A DNA stretch of 64,000 nucleotides from NCBI GenBank assembly GCA_964016885.1, contig OZ024742.1, positions 183,396,001 through 183,460,000 on the forward strand, read 5' to 3'. Below the pieces are notes generated by a model that saw only the letters and a program-made list of their open reading frames with translations, was not told where the DNA came from and made no database searches. The translations under genes and the position numbers were made by a program. Source of the DNA: Eledone cirrhosa (taxonomy: Eukaryota). Of the stretch, positions 47,666-64,000 are shown piece by piece; the stretch's first letter is position 1; every line of letters starts with the position of its first letter.

Positions 47666-48083
47666 TAATATAGAGCAGTTTTATAAATAAATATTGACAT
47701 ACCCTTAAAGAATGCGACCATTTCTGTTGGAAGCTCCCGGATAGTGGCGTTATAAATTTATTTATACTATTATGCAAATTAGTTTCGGATATTTTAAAAT
47801 CACAGTAGATTTAAATAAGCCGTTGGGTTATGGAGAAAGAGAAAGAGAAAAAAGAAAAAAAGAAAAAAAGAAAAAAAGAAAAAAAGGGCAAACTTTTTGA
47901 AAGCACACCATAATTTAACTTGGTGTCCTTGAAATATGTATAATGAAATAAATATGGTTTTATAAATATAGTTTCCATTTGTTAATATATCGTATTAACA
48001 TATATACACTCCAATAATTTGTTGAGTGCTTTATATCAGTTATAAAAATATTTGCTTGTTGTATCCCAACAATTTAAATAGAA

Positions 48084-48175
<92 letters not shown>

Positions 48176-48209
48176 AATTATCATAGTGGAGAAACCCACT
48201 ATTAATTTT

Positions 48210-48283
<74 letters not shown>

Positions 48284-48464
48284 TTTATTAAGGCTAAATA
48301 GTGAGTGTTGTTACTCTGGAGTTTCGCCTGTTTATCACAGTAAAACAGCAGTTCGGTATCGAGTACTCTTTTCTCTCAGCTGTCAACCACATACGGATAC
48401 ACACACACACACATATATATATATGTATATATATATACATATATATATTATATATACATATATA

Positions 48465-48507
<43 letters not shown>

Positions 48508-48629
48508 CAGTATCAGTAGCTGGATTGAAGTGCCATTTGAGGTATAAACATAAAACAATGAACTGAAAAGACTGTTGAACCCGGATACGTCGAATCGACG
48601 GGAGAGTTCATCATACACACACACACACA

Positions 48630-48684
<55 letters not shown>

Positions 48685-48790
48685 GCATGCATATATATAT
48701 ATATATATATATATTCGTATCTTTTCTGATGTATCTGATAAACAGGCGAAACTTCAGAGTAGGAATATTCACTGTTTAGCCTTAATAAAA

Positions 48791-48930
<140 letters not shown>

Positions 48931-49028
48931 AAAATGTTTAAACATTTTCCTATTACCCACTCTACTACCCTAAGTATTGAGTACTCTGGTGCGTTATGGT
49001 CCATCTGGTTCCTTACCACACCTCCATC

Positions 49029-49137
<109 letters not shown>

Positions 49138-49762
49138 ATATATATATAATATATTTAGAAACACACAGATACATGCGGACACACACATATATACATGAAT
49201 GCATCCGCACCCAACTGTGAGTTAAGGGTGCCAACTTCACCGATGTTGCTCAATGAATGACTGGGACAGACCAATTCAGTTGAACTAGACTGAACCAGTA
49301 TCATCCTTATATATATATTAGCCTTAATAAAATGAATATATATATATATATATATATATAGGAAAATGTTTAAACATGATATATATTCATTTTATTAAGG
49401 CTTATATATATATAAGGATGGATATTATATATATAAGGATGGATATATATATATATATTTATATATCATAAAACATGTCTATAGAATCACCAGATAAAAT
49501 ATATACCGTTTCCTCTCCCAATTAGCATAATTAACCATATAAAAAATCAATTAGACCAAGCTATAAGAATAAAGGCTCTTATGAAGAAATCTCCGACAAA
49601 TAACCGAAAGCAGCCCTTCGCGGCGGTTGCGCCGGAGTATTTATCGAATATTTCGACAGCGTGTATAAATAGACCAGATATACAGTCAACTAAACAGAAT
49701 TAGGTGTAAAATAAACTAAAAGAATAGTGAACATATTTAGTTACCTCTATATATGTAAACCT

Positions 49763-49806
<44 letters not shown>

Positions 49807-49810
49807 CGAT

Positions 49811-49853
<43 letters not shown>

Positions 49854-50038
49854 AGCATATATATGTATGACAAAACAGATTTTATACGAAATTTCGAAGT
49901 CACTGTCAATCTTTTCTTTATAAAAATATATTCGACAGCGTGTATAAATAGACCAGATATACAGTCAACTAAACATAATTAGGTGTAAAATAAACTAAAA
50001 GAATAGTGAACATATTTAGTTACCTCTATATATGTAAA

Positions 50039-50082
<44 letters not shown>

Positions 50083-50244
50083 GATAAATCTACCAAGAGT
50101 TTACGGTAGTGTCCAATATATTACGGTAGTGTCCATATACATGCCAATTCTAACACATATATATCCCAGAAACGATCGTTAAATAATGAACTTTTTTTGT
50201 TTAATATAAGGAACTGTTTCATTGTTTTATTCATTATTTTTTTA

Positions 50245-50315
<71 letters not shown>

Positions 50316-51005
50316 CGATGGATATATATATATATATATACATATACACACACAAGCATATATATGTATGACAAAACGGATTTTATACAAAACTTCGAAG
50401 TCACTGTCAATCTTTTCTTTATAAAAATATATTGTATGCTATACTTATATCTGTTGAACATTCATTAAGTGAATGTTTGACTCTATCTCTATATGGTTTT
50501 ACATAAAACAGACACACATTGTGTCATTTAGGAAGTCTCTTTATATCACGTTGTTCCTGTCCATTTTAATTTTTCAGATATTTTTTCAACACCCCCAGCC
50601 GCCCGCGCTTATTAAATTTTGCTAATTTATCGCTGTCGAAATTTTATTTTATGTGGTAGCATTCATACGATAATTAAGTTTATTTAGACATTAAAAAAAC
50701 ATTATACATGTAAAAAAAGAAAACTACAAGAAATTCCATACGTTATAGAATAAATAGAATAAGTTATCTTTCAATATGTAAACTAAAGGTCTAATTCTGG
50801 TTTTTAAAAAAAAATCAAGGGAGACAACCTAGAAAAATTACCGATTCCCCCTCCTCCTCCGCTTATTCCAACTATTATTTAGGACCCAAGAGTATATAAC
50901 AAATTAAGAAGATAGAATGGATTTCTTAAACCATTTCATACCTTAGAAATGTTTCAGTACATATAATCAAACCAATATCTACAATACAACAATATACAGA
51001 ACAAA

Positions 51006-51056
<51 letters not shown>

Positions 51057-51059
<3 letters not shown>

Positions 51060-51661
51060 GGGCCTCGTTGCCTTAAAAATGTGAGGGGGACAAACCAACA
51101 TTTGTTGATTCTTAAAGGAGCATGTTAGTATTGCTTATGGTGCCTTTCCCCGGACCCTATCACATAAGTAAAATTTTACGCTAATTAAATGTTAAATATT
51201 CAAATGAAGTTCAGATATAAAAAAATAAGCTTAAAAACAATTTATTATATCAAATAAACAAATAAACAAATAAACAAATAAACAAATAAACAAATAAACA
51301 AAAAATAAAACATAGTCGTTTAAAAAAAAAAGTAAATTTATTGTCTTTTAGAACTTTCCAAATGTATTATCTCGCATCATTGCTGTCTAAATAATTTAGC
51401 AAGTTCATCACAACTAATCCTTTTCAAAACATTTCTATGAACGTGGCATATTAGAATATGATTCAACCTTTGCTGAGTCATAGTCGATCGCAGCCAAGTT
51501 TTGAGTCTCCGCAGAGCGCTAAAAGATCTTTCAGCTTCACAAGAACTGGTTGGAAACACTAAAAATAGCCTGAGCAATAGCTCAACATTTAGAAACATGC
51601 GACCAGACTTCTGGTTGCATTTCACCGAATGTTTTAAGATGATCCTCGAGAGATGATCCAT
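51057..51661 (-). mobile_element. 3' end of a hAT DNA transposon (C-terminal dimerisation domain remnant plus probable TIR)
   Basis: FPTSSCEAERSFSALRRLKTWLRSTMTQQRLN (51377-51661). Terminus CAGGGGCC at 51057. Confidence 0.85.
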
Positions 51662-51769
51662 TATGATGATTTCTATAAAAAAATATTTCGTTCCTTAAAT
51701 TTAAGGTTGTGTGTATGAGCTTATAAGGATGTTGACTGAATTTATGTTTTTTTAGCAAGGAGAGAATTT

Positions 51770-52145
51770 TGTCTCCAGATTTTATTACCTAGGGAGATTA
51801 AATACCATCTTCCCGTTGCAGAACATTGGCAAACTCCTACTCCCAGCCTCCCTGCATGCTAAGTACACCTAACGTCTAGCTTCTCTCTTAGCGGTTGTGT
51901 ATCCTTCCCTACTCCCACCATTTTTCCAAGCCTTCCATGCCAGTCTTTTGTCTCTAATGGCCCTATCTACCGTGCTGTTCCACCACCAGGTCACTCTCTG
52001 TCTGGTTGAAGCTCTGCCCCAACCACAAGTTTCTTCAGTAGTCTGCAGTAAGTTGCCACGCAAGAAATTCCAGTTATCATCTATGTCATACAACTCTAAA
52101 TCGTCTTCTTTTTCGTCATACACGTCTTGAAGGGCTTTGCTAAAT
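51770..52145 (-). pseudogene. RTE-like LINE fragment (region between endonuclease and RT)
   Basis: NWNFLR..EETCGW..TWWWNSTVDRAIRDKRLAWKAWK..YTTAKREARR. Confidence 0.8.
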
Positions 52146-52166
52146 TTATATATATATATATATATT

Positions 52167-52412
52167 CTAGCATAGTACCCGTCCAAATTGACGGTGTTTA
52201 CAGCTAAACAATATTTAATTTAACAATTCTTTAATTACAACATTTTATGTAATGCTACTTGAATCCTTTATTTTTCTTCTCTATCTTAATGTTATCATTT
52301 CGGAAATCGATGTGTTTCATTTTACATTCATGTAAATAAATTACAATGATTTTCTTCCACATTTACTCTAATTATTATGAACTATATATGTACTATATCA
52401 TGATGACTTTCT

Positions 52413-52415
<3 letters not shown>
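52167..52415 (-). mobile_element. Possible Helitron-like non-autonomous element end
   Basis: CTAG followed by hairpin CCGTC-CAAATT-GACGG, the reverse complement of a hairpin+CTAG terminus. Confidence 0.45.
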
Positions 52416-52489
<74 letters not shown>

Positions 52490-52595
52490 TCGATTGTTGA
52501 AATTGTTTTTATATTTTTACACGACTGTATGTAAAATCCCCGGCATGTCTTTGTATTGTCCCCTTTCTTGTTGCGCCCTTGTGGCTAATAAAGAA

Positions 52596-52669
<74 letters not shown>

Positions 52670-53168
52670 TCAAAAACGAAGGAGAGGCGGTTTTCCTTTG
52701 TGTGATAGCTATGGCGAAAGAGGTTGTATGGTGGACAAGGTTGAAAGGGCTGAGGTCAGACACCTTTCTCTCCGGCCAACAACTGATTCTTTTTTTCAAA
52801 TACCACTTTGGAAGAAGAATCAGGATGGAGAGAGAGGTGCTGTACCCCAGCAAGTTTTATGAAAGGTGGGTGAAAGTGGCGAGAATGGCCCGAGTGAATG
52901 GGCCTTCTCTCTATATCAGCCTGTAGGTTGAGGAAAAGGAGGAGGAGAGGAAGGGAGTACAAACTCTTCGTACTCCTGGAGATGAGGGTTGCACATTTTT
53001 TTTCGGGGGTATGTGTTACCCATATAAACTGTCTCCCTCTATTGGGGAAAATCGACTAACTTTTTAAATTCCATTTGTGATAACATTTTACACGTTTTTA
53101 TTGTATGTAAACTTCCCCCTTTGTATTTGTCCCCTTCTTTTGTGCCCCTGTGGCTAATAAAGAAATAT
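52670..53168 (+). mobile_element. Tx1/L1-like LINE 3' fragment within (TATC)n
   Basis: ORF tail ends at 52926; the 3' UTR ends AATAAAGAAATATATCTATC. Confidence 0.65.
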
Positions 53169-54660
53169 ATCTATCTATCTATATAAACGTGTAGGTTAAG
53201 GAAGGCAAAAGAGAGAAAACGGGAACACCGCCCTACAAAACGTGCTCCTGGTGTTGAGGGTTGTTCTATCTACGTGGTGTAAAACAACCACGCAGTAACG
53301 TGCCTCCTATTGGGGATTTCGATTGTTATTTCATTTTAATATATAGTTTATTTTAATTTAGTAATGTTACAGTTTACACAATTTTCATGTAAAACCCCCG
53401 CCGTCACGTACTGTAATGTCCCATTTCTTGTGCATCCTTTTGGCAAATAAAGAAACATATCTGTATAGATAAACATGTAGGTAGGTAGAGATAGATATAT
53501 AAATATAGATAGACAGGCAGACAGATAGAAGATATGTTGACCAAAGGACAGATAGACAGTAAGGTAAGTGTGTTGGTAGGAAGATAGATAAATAGTGGTT
53601 GTAATGGCTGCTGTTCACTTATTTTCTGTCCCTAAGGGTATTTTACCCAATTTCTAACGGAACTGTTTCCACTAACAAGAGAGTGGTCGAAAGGTTGGTC
53701 ACTGGCGCCTTAAAACCAGTTGTTTCAGGCTGACGGGGCTCGTTAACCTACGTTGTTAGTCCGTCTTTGTGAAGGAAAATGATTTAAAACCTCAGCTGCC
53801 TTGCGGCTATACCCACAAATGGGAAAGGCTTCGGGAATCAATCTTAAGGAAAATTTCGTAGTCAGAGTCCCTAAGGCAGTTCAAGGCTGTAATTAGCAAT
53901 GTCCTGGTAACTCCTGCGACAGCACTAGAAATATGCATATCGGCACTTACCTTTCCATTGGATTATATTAGTGACATGGTGAGGGAGCACCTACTTCATG
54001 AGCAACAGTCTGTCCCCCATATCTAGCTACCCAGACAGACGGATGCCTAAAAGTCATCCCAATGTAGATTATTATAGTAATATTCAATCATTATCAAAGA
54101 TATTTGAGAAAATCGAAAAGAGCACACCTGAAGACAGAAACATAGACAGGGGCGTCTGCGATTAATCGAAACTTGCATCTCTCGGACGCTGGGTGAGTGT
54201 ATTAAACATTAATTCAACCTCATGTTTACACTTCTAGCTACAGGCTTAAAACCTAAAAAGAAGGCAGTCGGTGGTCAGGGAGTCGTCAGCGTTATTGTTA
54301 ACACAGTGTCTCGGCATCCGAGAGATAGATGCAGAGTCCGATTTATCGTTGGTGCCGATGTCCACTTTTATTCCGCCGCCGATTTTTATCAACTAATATT
54401 TATAGTGATCAACTAATATTATAGTCATCTGCATTGGAACGACTTCATAAGGTATAGATACCGGAATATTCTTGACTTTTTATGGAGGCATTAAATCTGC
54501 ACAAGAAGTGAAGTACAGATTACAGGAAGTGGAGTACAGATTACAGGAAGTAGAATAGAGATGTAGAGGGGGTAAATGCTGCAAGTAGAGAATCGAAGGT
54601 GAAAAGTGAAAGGCGGTGAATGTGGGTTGAGGGCGGACTGTGATTGGTGATATCACATTG

Positions 54661-55460
<800 letters not shown>

Positions 55461-55983
55461 CTATTTGTGTCTATGTGTATATGAATAAGATATGTCACTC
55501 TGGTCTCTCCCGTCTACGCATAAACATTGATAGACACAATGATACAGTCTCACCGTGCAAGCTTGAGACATAGTTCTGTTTTATAGTTACAGTGTTATAA
55601 CAGGACTGAGTGGTTGCCAGAAGGAGCATCATTGCTGGAGTTATAATGTCCAGGAGGAGATTATGTAAATATATACTGGCAACTGACTCAGCCCGCAGGA
55701 AATGCCGGAAGGAATAATAGTAAACTGCCTTCTGGGAGTTATTTTCTGTCAGTTTGAAGACCGATGAACGTTGGCGTTAAATAACTTCAATAATGACACT
55801 TTACTAGGGACGTGAACTTTCCACCCGCTTCTTAAACACTTAATATTCACTTACTTACTGTAGACAGCAAAGTCTTACGGGTTTCTTTTAATACATCTAC
55901 AGCTCCACACACACACACACACACACATACACACACACACACACACACACGCGCACGCACATACACACACACGCATACACGCG

Positions 55984-56026
<43 letters not shown>

Positions 56027-56338
56027 GCGCACGCACATACACAGACGCGCACACACTCGCACGCACACACACACACACGCGCACGCACGCACACACACAC
56101 ACATACACACACTCACACAACCGTGTTTACGAGCATACACCCATGCACATGTATACACATGCAACACACACACACACGCACACACACACGCACACGCGCA
56201 CGCACGCACACGCACACACGCATACATACACACACACACACACAAATATACACACACTCACACAACCGTGTTTACGAGCATACACACATGCACATGTATA
56301 CACATGCAATTATATACACATGTACATACACACATAAG

Positions 56339-56387
<49 letters not shown>

Positions 56388-56974
56388 TCACACAGATGCA
56401 CGTACGCACATGCATATACGCATGCATGCACATACATGCACATACATAAACATGCATGTATACACACATGCACATACATACACATACACACAGATGCACA
56501 TAAATACATCCACGTATGTATACATGCACATACATACATATGCATATATGCAGATGCACATATATAGACACTCACACACACGCACATATATAGACACTTA
56601 GACATACACGTACACATGGCCACACATGCAGACACACACGTGCACATACTCATATATGTACATATGCACACATGTTTCGGATAATTCATACATGCACATG
56701 TACACGCATGGAAGAAATGGGAAAGGGGTGAGTGCGGAAGGGATAAAGGTGGTAGGGAGGGAGGAAGAGAATGAAGAAAGGGGGGAAGGGAGTGAGGAAA
56801 AGGTTGAAGGAAGGGAGGGGAAGTGAGGGAGGAAGAAAGGAAGGAAGGGAAGAATGGCGGATAGGGAGGAAGATATCCTTGGATTGCAACATTACCAAAG
56901 GTTGTGAGCGGGGTTAGGGTTAAGTTAAACCAAGAAATTGCTTACATTAACCACCTAAGAACAGAAACAATTTT

Positions 56975-57118
56975 TTTCTACGAGTTTCCATACAGTTTTC
57001 CATTTCACAAATTTCAATGACAATGTAGAAAACACTTGTCAAATGTGCAGTACAGTGGGATTGAACACGAAACCACATAGTCACGAAGCGAAATTTTTAA
57101 CCACACAGCTATGCCTAC
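56975..57118 (-). mobile_element. Degenerate tRNA-headed SINE of octopus OR/OK-like type
   Basis: AAAACACTTG..CAGTGGGATTGAAC..AACCAC..TAACCACACAGCTATGCCT; family assignment from memory. Confidence 0.5.
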
Positions 57119-57393
57119 CCCAAATCAGCCCCTATAGAGCAGACTTGCGATGAAAATCCTCCAATCGCGGTCATTCTGCCCCTTTTATTCAGAGAGTATG
57201 TATATATATATATATAAAATTACGTTATCTATTTCTACTATTCCTTTCTTAAGACCGTAGAATATACTTTGAGGGAAGGTTTGCTGCTATTTTTTGTAGA
57301 TTGAGAGACCATGTAGAGACTCCTTCATATATATATATATACTGTATATATATATGAGACGAATGAACAAAAACATCCCTCTCTCTCTCTCTC

Positions 57394-57475
<82 letters not shown>

Positions 57476-57728
57476 CCTCACACTCAGTGAGAGTTGATTT
57501 CCCCTCATTAATTCTTCGAATAACGAATGGTGCGAAACATGAAACTCAAGGTAACGATTTATATACACAAATTCAACTTCAAGAATAGCGTTTTCAGACA
57601 CAAATATTGACCAATGAAAAGTGTATGTGTGTGTGTGAACACACAGGCCATAGCTATATACCCCAAAGCATGTTGCCCGACGCTCTACCGATACTGCCTA
57701 TCTACCACCATATATATATATATATATA

Positions 57729-58350
<622 letters not shown>

Positions 58351-58499
58351 ATACTTTGGGAGGGTCATGTTGCCAATAAGAAACACACGCACCAGTTGCT
58401 TTCACTTCAATTTATTATAATAACTTTATAATAAATTTATAAATTTATAAATTTCTGGTTGGTTGGTTGGTTCCACAACCAGATAATTGTTTATATATT

Positions 58500-58542
58500 G
58501 TCATAGTTCTTTCGTCACACACTCTGTGACCTCTTCAGTGAC
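58500..58542 (-). ncRNA. Hammerhead motif, family F (PLE pseudo-LTR)
   Basis: Reverse complement of 59789-59831. Confidence 0.75.
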
Positions 58543-59788
58543 TGGGGATTCCTTTCTTTGTTTCTGTGCCTCTCCTTTGTTCTGTCCTACGCCATTTTGT
58601 TTCTGTGTGTGTGTTGTGTGCTCAGTCTGCGCATGCGCCACATCCGGGTGTCTGTGTGTGTTTATGTTCATTTATTTATTTGTTTATTTATTTACATGTT
58701 ACTGGTTGGTTGTTTGTTCTATGTGTGTGTGTGTTTTCATTTTGTCCTTAATTGTAAGTTGTGATGTTGCTGTTCCACTCATATTTTCTATTTAATTTTG
58801 GCTGTAGTTCTTTTATGTTTATTGCTTCTGTAATTTGTCTAAACATTGCGTCTTTTCTGTGTGTGGATTCTATTTTTATTTCTATGTTCTCTAATTTACC
58901 ATTGTGTTCTATTTTAGCATGTTGGTAGAGTACAGATGATTCTTTACTATCTTGAAGGTCTCGCCAGTGTTCATTTATCCGTTCCCCTACACTACGAGCT
59001 GTCTCACCTATGTACACTATATTTTTGTCTCTACATTGTCCTTCAGTACATCTTATGCTATACACTACATTTCTAGTTTTACAGTTAATATGGGGGCTTA
59101 TTTTACAGGTTATACATTTCTTATCTATACATGAGGGTCTTTGAAAAGGGTATGTCTTGCTAATAAGTGTTTTTACGGAGGTACCTGGTCTTTCTACTAT
59201 CTCAATATTAAGATAGTAGAAAGACCAGGTACCTCCGTAAAAACACTTATGCTATACACTAGTGTATAGCATAAGATGTACTGAAGGACAATGCAGAGAC
59301 AAAAATATAGTGTACATAGATGAGACAGCTCGTAGTGTAGGGGAACGGATAAATGAACACTGGCGAGACCTTCAAGATAGTAAAGAATCATCTGTACTCT
59401 ACCAACATGCTAAAATAGAACACAAGGGTAAATTAGAGAACATAGAAATAAAAATAGAATCCACACACAGAAAAGACGCAATGTTTAGACAAATTACAGA
59501 AGCAATAAACATAAAAGAACTATAACCAAAATTAAATAGAAAATATGAGTGGAACAGCAACATCACAACTTACAATTAAGGACAAAATGAAAACACACAC
59601 ACACATAGAACAAACAACCAACCAGTAAGTAACATGTAAATAAATAAACAAATAAATAAATGAACATAAACACACACAGACACCCGGATGTGGCGCATGC
59701 GCAGACTGAGCACACAACACACACACAGAAACAAAATGGCGTAGGACAGAACAAAGGAGAGGCACAGAAACAAAGAAAGGAATCCCCA

Positions 59789-59831
59789 GTCACTGAAGAG
59801 GTCACAGAGTGTGTGACGAAAGAACTATGAC
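59789..59831 (+). ncRNA. Hammerhead motif, family F (PLE pseudo-LTR)
   Basis: GTCA CTGAAGA G GTCAC-AGAGTGT-GTGAC GAA AGAACT A TGAC. Confidence 0.75.
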
Positions 59832-60042
59832 AATATATAAACAACTATCTGGTTGTGGAACCAACCAACCAACCAGAAATTTATAAATTTATAAATTTAT
59901 TATAAAGTTATTATAATAAATTGAAGTGAAAGCAACTGGTGCGTGTGTTTCTTATTGGCAACATGACCCTCCCAAAGTATAACAATATCGGTTTCAACAC
60001 ACGATTTCAGATAAAGAATCTTGCTAAACAAATTCAGAAACG

Positions 60043-60110
<68 letters not shown>

Positions 60111-61263
60111 GTCAATACTCATCTTTTTCCATTTCTCCGAGGGTTCTTAACCCCACTATCAGGCTAAATAATTTCTTTAATTTCTTTAGTCAAAATACGG
60201 AGATAGCTTACATTTCTAATAATTTCAAACCAACTCGGTGTTTCGAAAATATTCTTAATATATATAAATATATATATATTATACACAAAACGTCGCCCCC
60301 CACTCTCAAGCGTGAAACTAATACCAACACTGTTCGTACTGCACTCCTTGTTTTTGTTTTGTCCCTTGCCAATATATATATATATATATTATTTTATATA
60401 TATATAATAATATATATATATATATATATATATATTATTTTCTTTTATTAATTGAGTTCTTTACACGAGGAATTAACATTGGTTTTGAAATAACTAATAA
60501 CTAATTAACCCGCGTGTGTTTTATATTTTACTCTTAATAATTCGGCCGGAGAATTATATTCCCATTTGCCCTTTATAGCATAACTTTCTGCATTTACTGC
60601 GGTTATGAGAAGCGGTTCTTATTCGGGTACAACTTCTGATTTAGCCTAAGAAAATATCTATTTGCGTGTGTAATTTATACAAGCATATATTTATTTTTTT
60701 ATTTTCAATTGAGTTCTTAAACACGTTGGATTGATAATGTTTTCAAAAAAACTAATTAACCCGCGTGTATATTATTTTTTTCCTCATTTCGTGAGTTGTC
60801 TCCCCTTCCCGCTTCGTGTCGCTATGATACTTCCTCAGTCAAAAACTGCCGGAATTTCAAATTTGGCGGTCATTCGAGGCGAGAGAGAGCTACTTTACGG
60901 ACATGATTCTTGACAGCGGTAAGAAATTGTTTTCTTATATCAATGTTTAATGGGCTTCCACTGATGATTTATAAGTGCCCACCTAAATATATTCTTACAC
61001 GAATATATATTAGGCTTCTACATAAACTGGAAACATTCTCCCAAACTTGTAGATAACTTATAATGAAACAATTGTTTGGAAAGAGAGATATACTTTAACT
61101 TTAATTATATCTCATAAAATAATACAACTGGTTTTTCCACATTATACATATTGTTAGCACCCCAAACACTTAAATTGGGTTTATTTTTTAATATAACCTA
61201 ATGTTTATTGAGTGAGATGGTTACCAGTCAGAGTTTAGCTTTAAACTATCTCTGTTATTGTAT

Positions 61264-61328
<65 letters not shown>

Positions 61329-61922
61329 TATATAAATTGGAAGTGGTCGGACGTTGTATATGTAGGTGTAGTCGGATAAACGTCGAAACGGCGAAATTTT
61401 ACACAGTTATGCAGAATGACCCGAGGAGGCGTTGGGTCGACTTTCAAGCCACAGGCTTCCATGGTTACGGAGAAAATCGATGAAACAGGAATTTCCCATT
61501 CAAATTGAACTGAGAGTAATCTGTGAACGCAGAAGTAAATATTTCGAGAAACGTTGCAACCGAAGGAAAACAGGAAGACGATATTTTTGTTCGTGAAGAC
61601 GTTCCCTGGCAATGAACGGAAAACAAGCAAGGATAATATGTCGTTATGTGGAGCGAGGAGAACTATTTCAAGCAAAGACAAGATCAAGTTTATGGTATAA
61701 ATGGAGTCGTTAGACTAATATTCTATTTAAAATAACAGAATGATTTCCAACCCCGGAGTTTAAGAATGATGTAAATAAAATTGAAAACGAAAATGACAGA
61801 GGTTATTAAAATAGTAAAAGTAAATAGTGAAGATTTAGGCCAGTACATACGTATGCCCCGACGGACATACATATACATACGCCCACACAAATACATACAC
61901 ACCCACAAACACACACACACAC

Positions 61923-62038
<116 letters not shown>

Positions 62039-62042
62039 GCGT

Positions 62043-62462
62043 ATATATAAACCTTATGCATTTCTACAGTATTTTCACCAAACTTAAGACATAGGTTACT
62101 TATGTACTCCGGATGGTCATGGGCACTTTCATTTTTCCAGATATTGATTATAGGGCCTCCCGGCAGATAACCCCCTTTAATCACTTCCTTGGAGTCGATT
62201 GAAGCACTGCAGTGCAATGCAACAAAACGTCATAACTTCTGGAGTTCGCAACTGATTTTCACAAAACTTGACACATGGGCTACGTTTGTCCTACAGATGA
62301 AGGTGAACTCTCAGAATTGGCACATATTGAGCAGGGGACCCCTGGGGGCAGGTACCTCCTTTTGGAAAAAGCCATAGTTTTCGAAGCAGCACTGAAGTAT
62401 TGACATAAATGGTATACACAACTGCTATTTAATACCCGAGCAACCCCGGGTACCTCTGCTAG
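62043..62462 (+). mobile_element. Non-autonomous Helitron-like element
   Basis: 3' end TACCCGAGCAACCCCGGGTA-CCTCTG-CTAG|T (subterminal hairpin plus CTAG). The 5' boundary is uncertain. Confidence 0.7.
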
Positions 62463-62500
<38 letters not shown>

Positions 62501-62545
62501 AGGAGATGTAGATGTTTTGTTCATTCGTCTCACGTACACACACGC

Positions 62546-62669
<124 letters not shown>

Positions 62670-63125
62670 TTTTCATCATTTATCCTACGTATTTCGTTTT
62701 TTCTTTTTCGTGTAGTATTTTGCTATTTATTACTACTCCTTCTTTGATGTTTTCTAACTGTTTATTTACGGCACAACACACATTCTTTCCTCTTTTTTTT
62801 GACAAAAGTCTATTTATATTTCCCTCTTTCTGGCGTTATCATTTGCACAACTTGTCTGCAACATATCCTGTCCTGTCACGATTTCAGGCGTAAGACTTTT
62901 TATTGTTTTTTTTTTTGTTTGTTTACGTACTCGTTTTTGTCATATTCGTAAGACACTAGCTTTCCCCTGTATCTATGTTGTTGTATTGTCCCATATTCTT
63001 CTTTTGGGGCTCGATATTATGCAATGCAAACCATATGTGCGAAATTGCATTACCCAGACAGTGGCTGATTAGGAAGTCAGATGTTTTGTTCATTCGTCAC
63101 ATACATTTCAATTGTTTTCCTTTGC

Positions 63126-63721
63126 TACATACATACATACATGGTGGCTGCCAACTCGTTTTCGAGTACGGCCACTACTTTATATCCATGTAGGAGAACC
63201 CCTACCGATGCGCTGAACGAGTGTGACTTTTTAGTCCAGCCAGCGACTTGAAAACTCTGGTACAAACACTACACTTGTGACAATTATTGACACATAGTGC
63301 TGGGCCCATGGTACCATGTGACGACAAGTGCAGAGAGATCTCCAGATATAAAGCAATGCCTGTGCCGTGAAGCTTTTATAGTGAGCAAAGGCACTGCACA
63401 AAGCCAGCCCCACTCTCTTAACCAAGATGATATTTACCAAAAAGAAGAACAAGTCAACATCATTGGATACTATCAGAGTTGCAGGTGTTATATCAGAGTT
63501 TTCCTTCTCCTAGAATTCTGCCTTGATAAAGGCTAAGGGGTCATCTCTCCCGGTGATTTTGGATGGCCATTGACTCTTAAGAGCTCCTTTGCCCTTTGAC
63601 AGGTTTTGTTTTTAGTCCTGCAGGATGTCCCAAGTCACCCCCCTCACCAAGAAACCTTGGTGGGGTTGCCAGTTTAGACGCCAACGACCCGACCATGAGA
63701 CAGGTTGTACTGGGATACATG

Positions 63722-63726
<5 letters not shown>
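63126..63726 (-). mobile_element. Non-autonomous retroposon (RTE-related UTR-like family) with (TACA)n on both sides
   Basis: Matches 8274-8857. Confidence 0.6.
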
Positions 63727-63752
<26 letters not shown>

Positions 63753-64000
63753 CATACATACATACATACATACACACATACATATACACATATATATACA
63801 TATACTTTCTCTCTCTCTCTCACGCCTCCACACACATATATATATATTACATATAAATCAAAATGGGTGCAAGTAAATATATATACACACATACATATAA
63901 ATACATACATGCACATACAGACATCCTCACATTCACACACACACAATGAAAAAATAAGACAAGGTCTAGTAGTTAATTCATCCATTGTTTTTCGATCGTT

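Noticed and set aside
61400-61470. Minus-strand AAGCC-TGT-GGCTT-GAAAG hairpins in the family I relative
   Set aside because: No recognisable CUGANGA core.

Overview
Repeat-saturated, AT-rich animal genomic DNA. The SINE types and the extreme (TA)n/(CA)n density suggest a mollusc, probably an octopus-like cephalopod (inference). I cannot support any intact host gene; almost all listed ORFs are translations of microsatellites. Real coding remnants are all from transposons: two copies of a Penelope-like element (PLE; RT plus C-terminal GIY-YIG), a 1.7-kb palindromic PLE 3' end, a decayed I/Jockey-like RT, RTE and Tx1/L1-like fragments, and a hAT transposase tail. Non-coding repeats include tRNA-derived SINEs, a hAT MITE with an 8-bp TSD and Helitron-like ends. 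The main signal, absent from the ORF track, is a swarm of type I hammerhead ribozyme (HHR) motifs: about 20 copies in about 10 distinct sequence families, all folded by eye. They lie in PLE pseudo-LTRs and in short (0.2-0.7 kb) non-coding elements that sit in or beside (TA)n tracts. Many are head-to-head hairpins carrying a ribozyme on each strand, and in the multi-copy families the outer end is fixed while the apex varies. Several families also share a downstream ACTC..GAGT hairpin and a U-U mismatch at the base of stem II. Together this looks like a (TA)n-targeted PLE/retrozyme-like ecosystem. Element boundaries are approximate (about +/-10 nt) and no ribozyme activity is proven.
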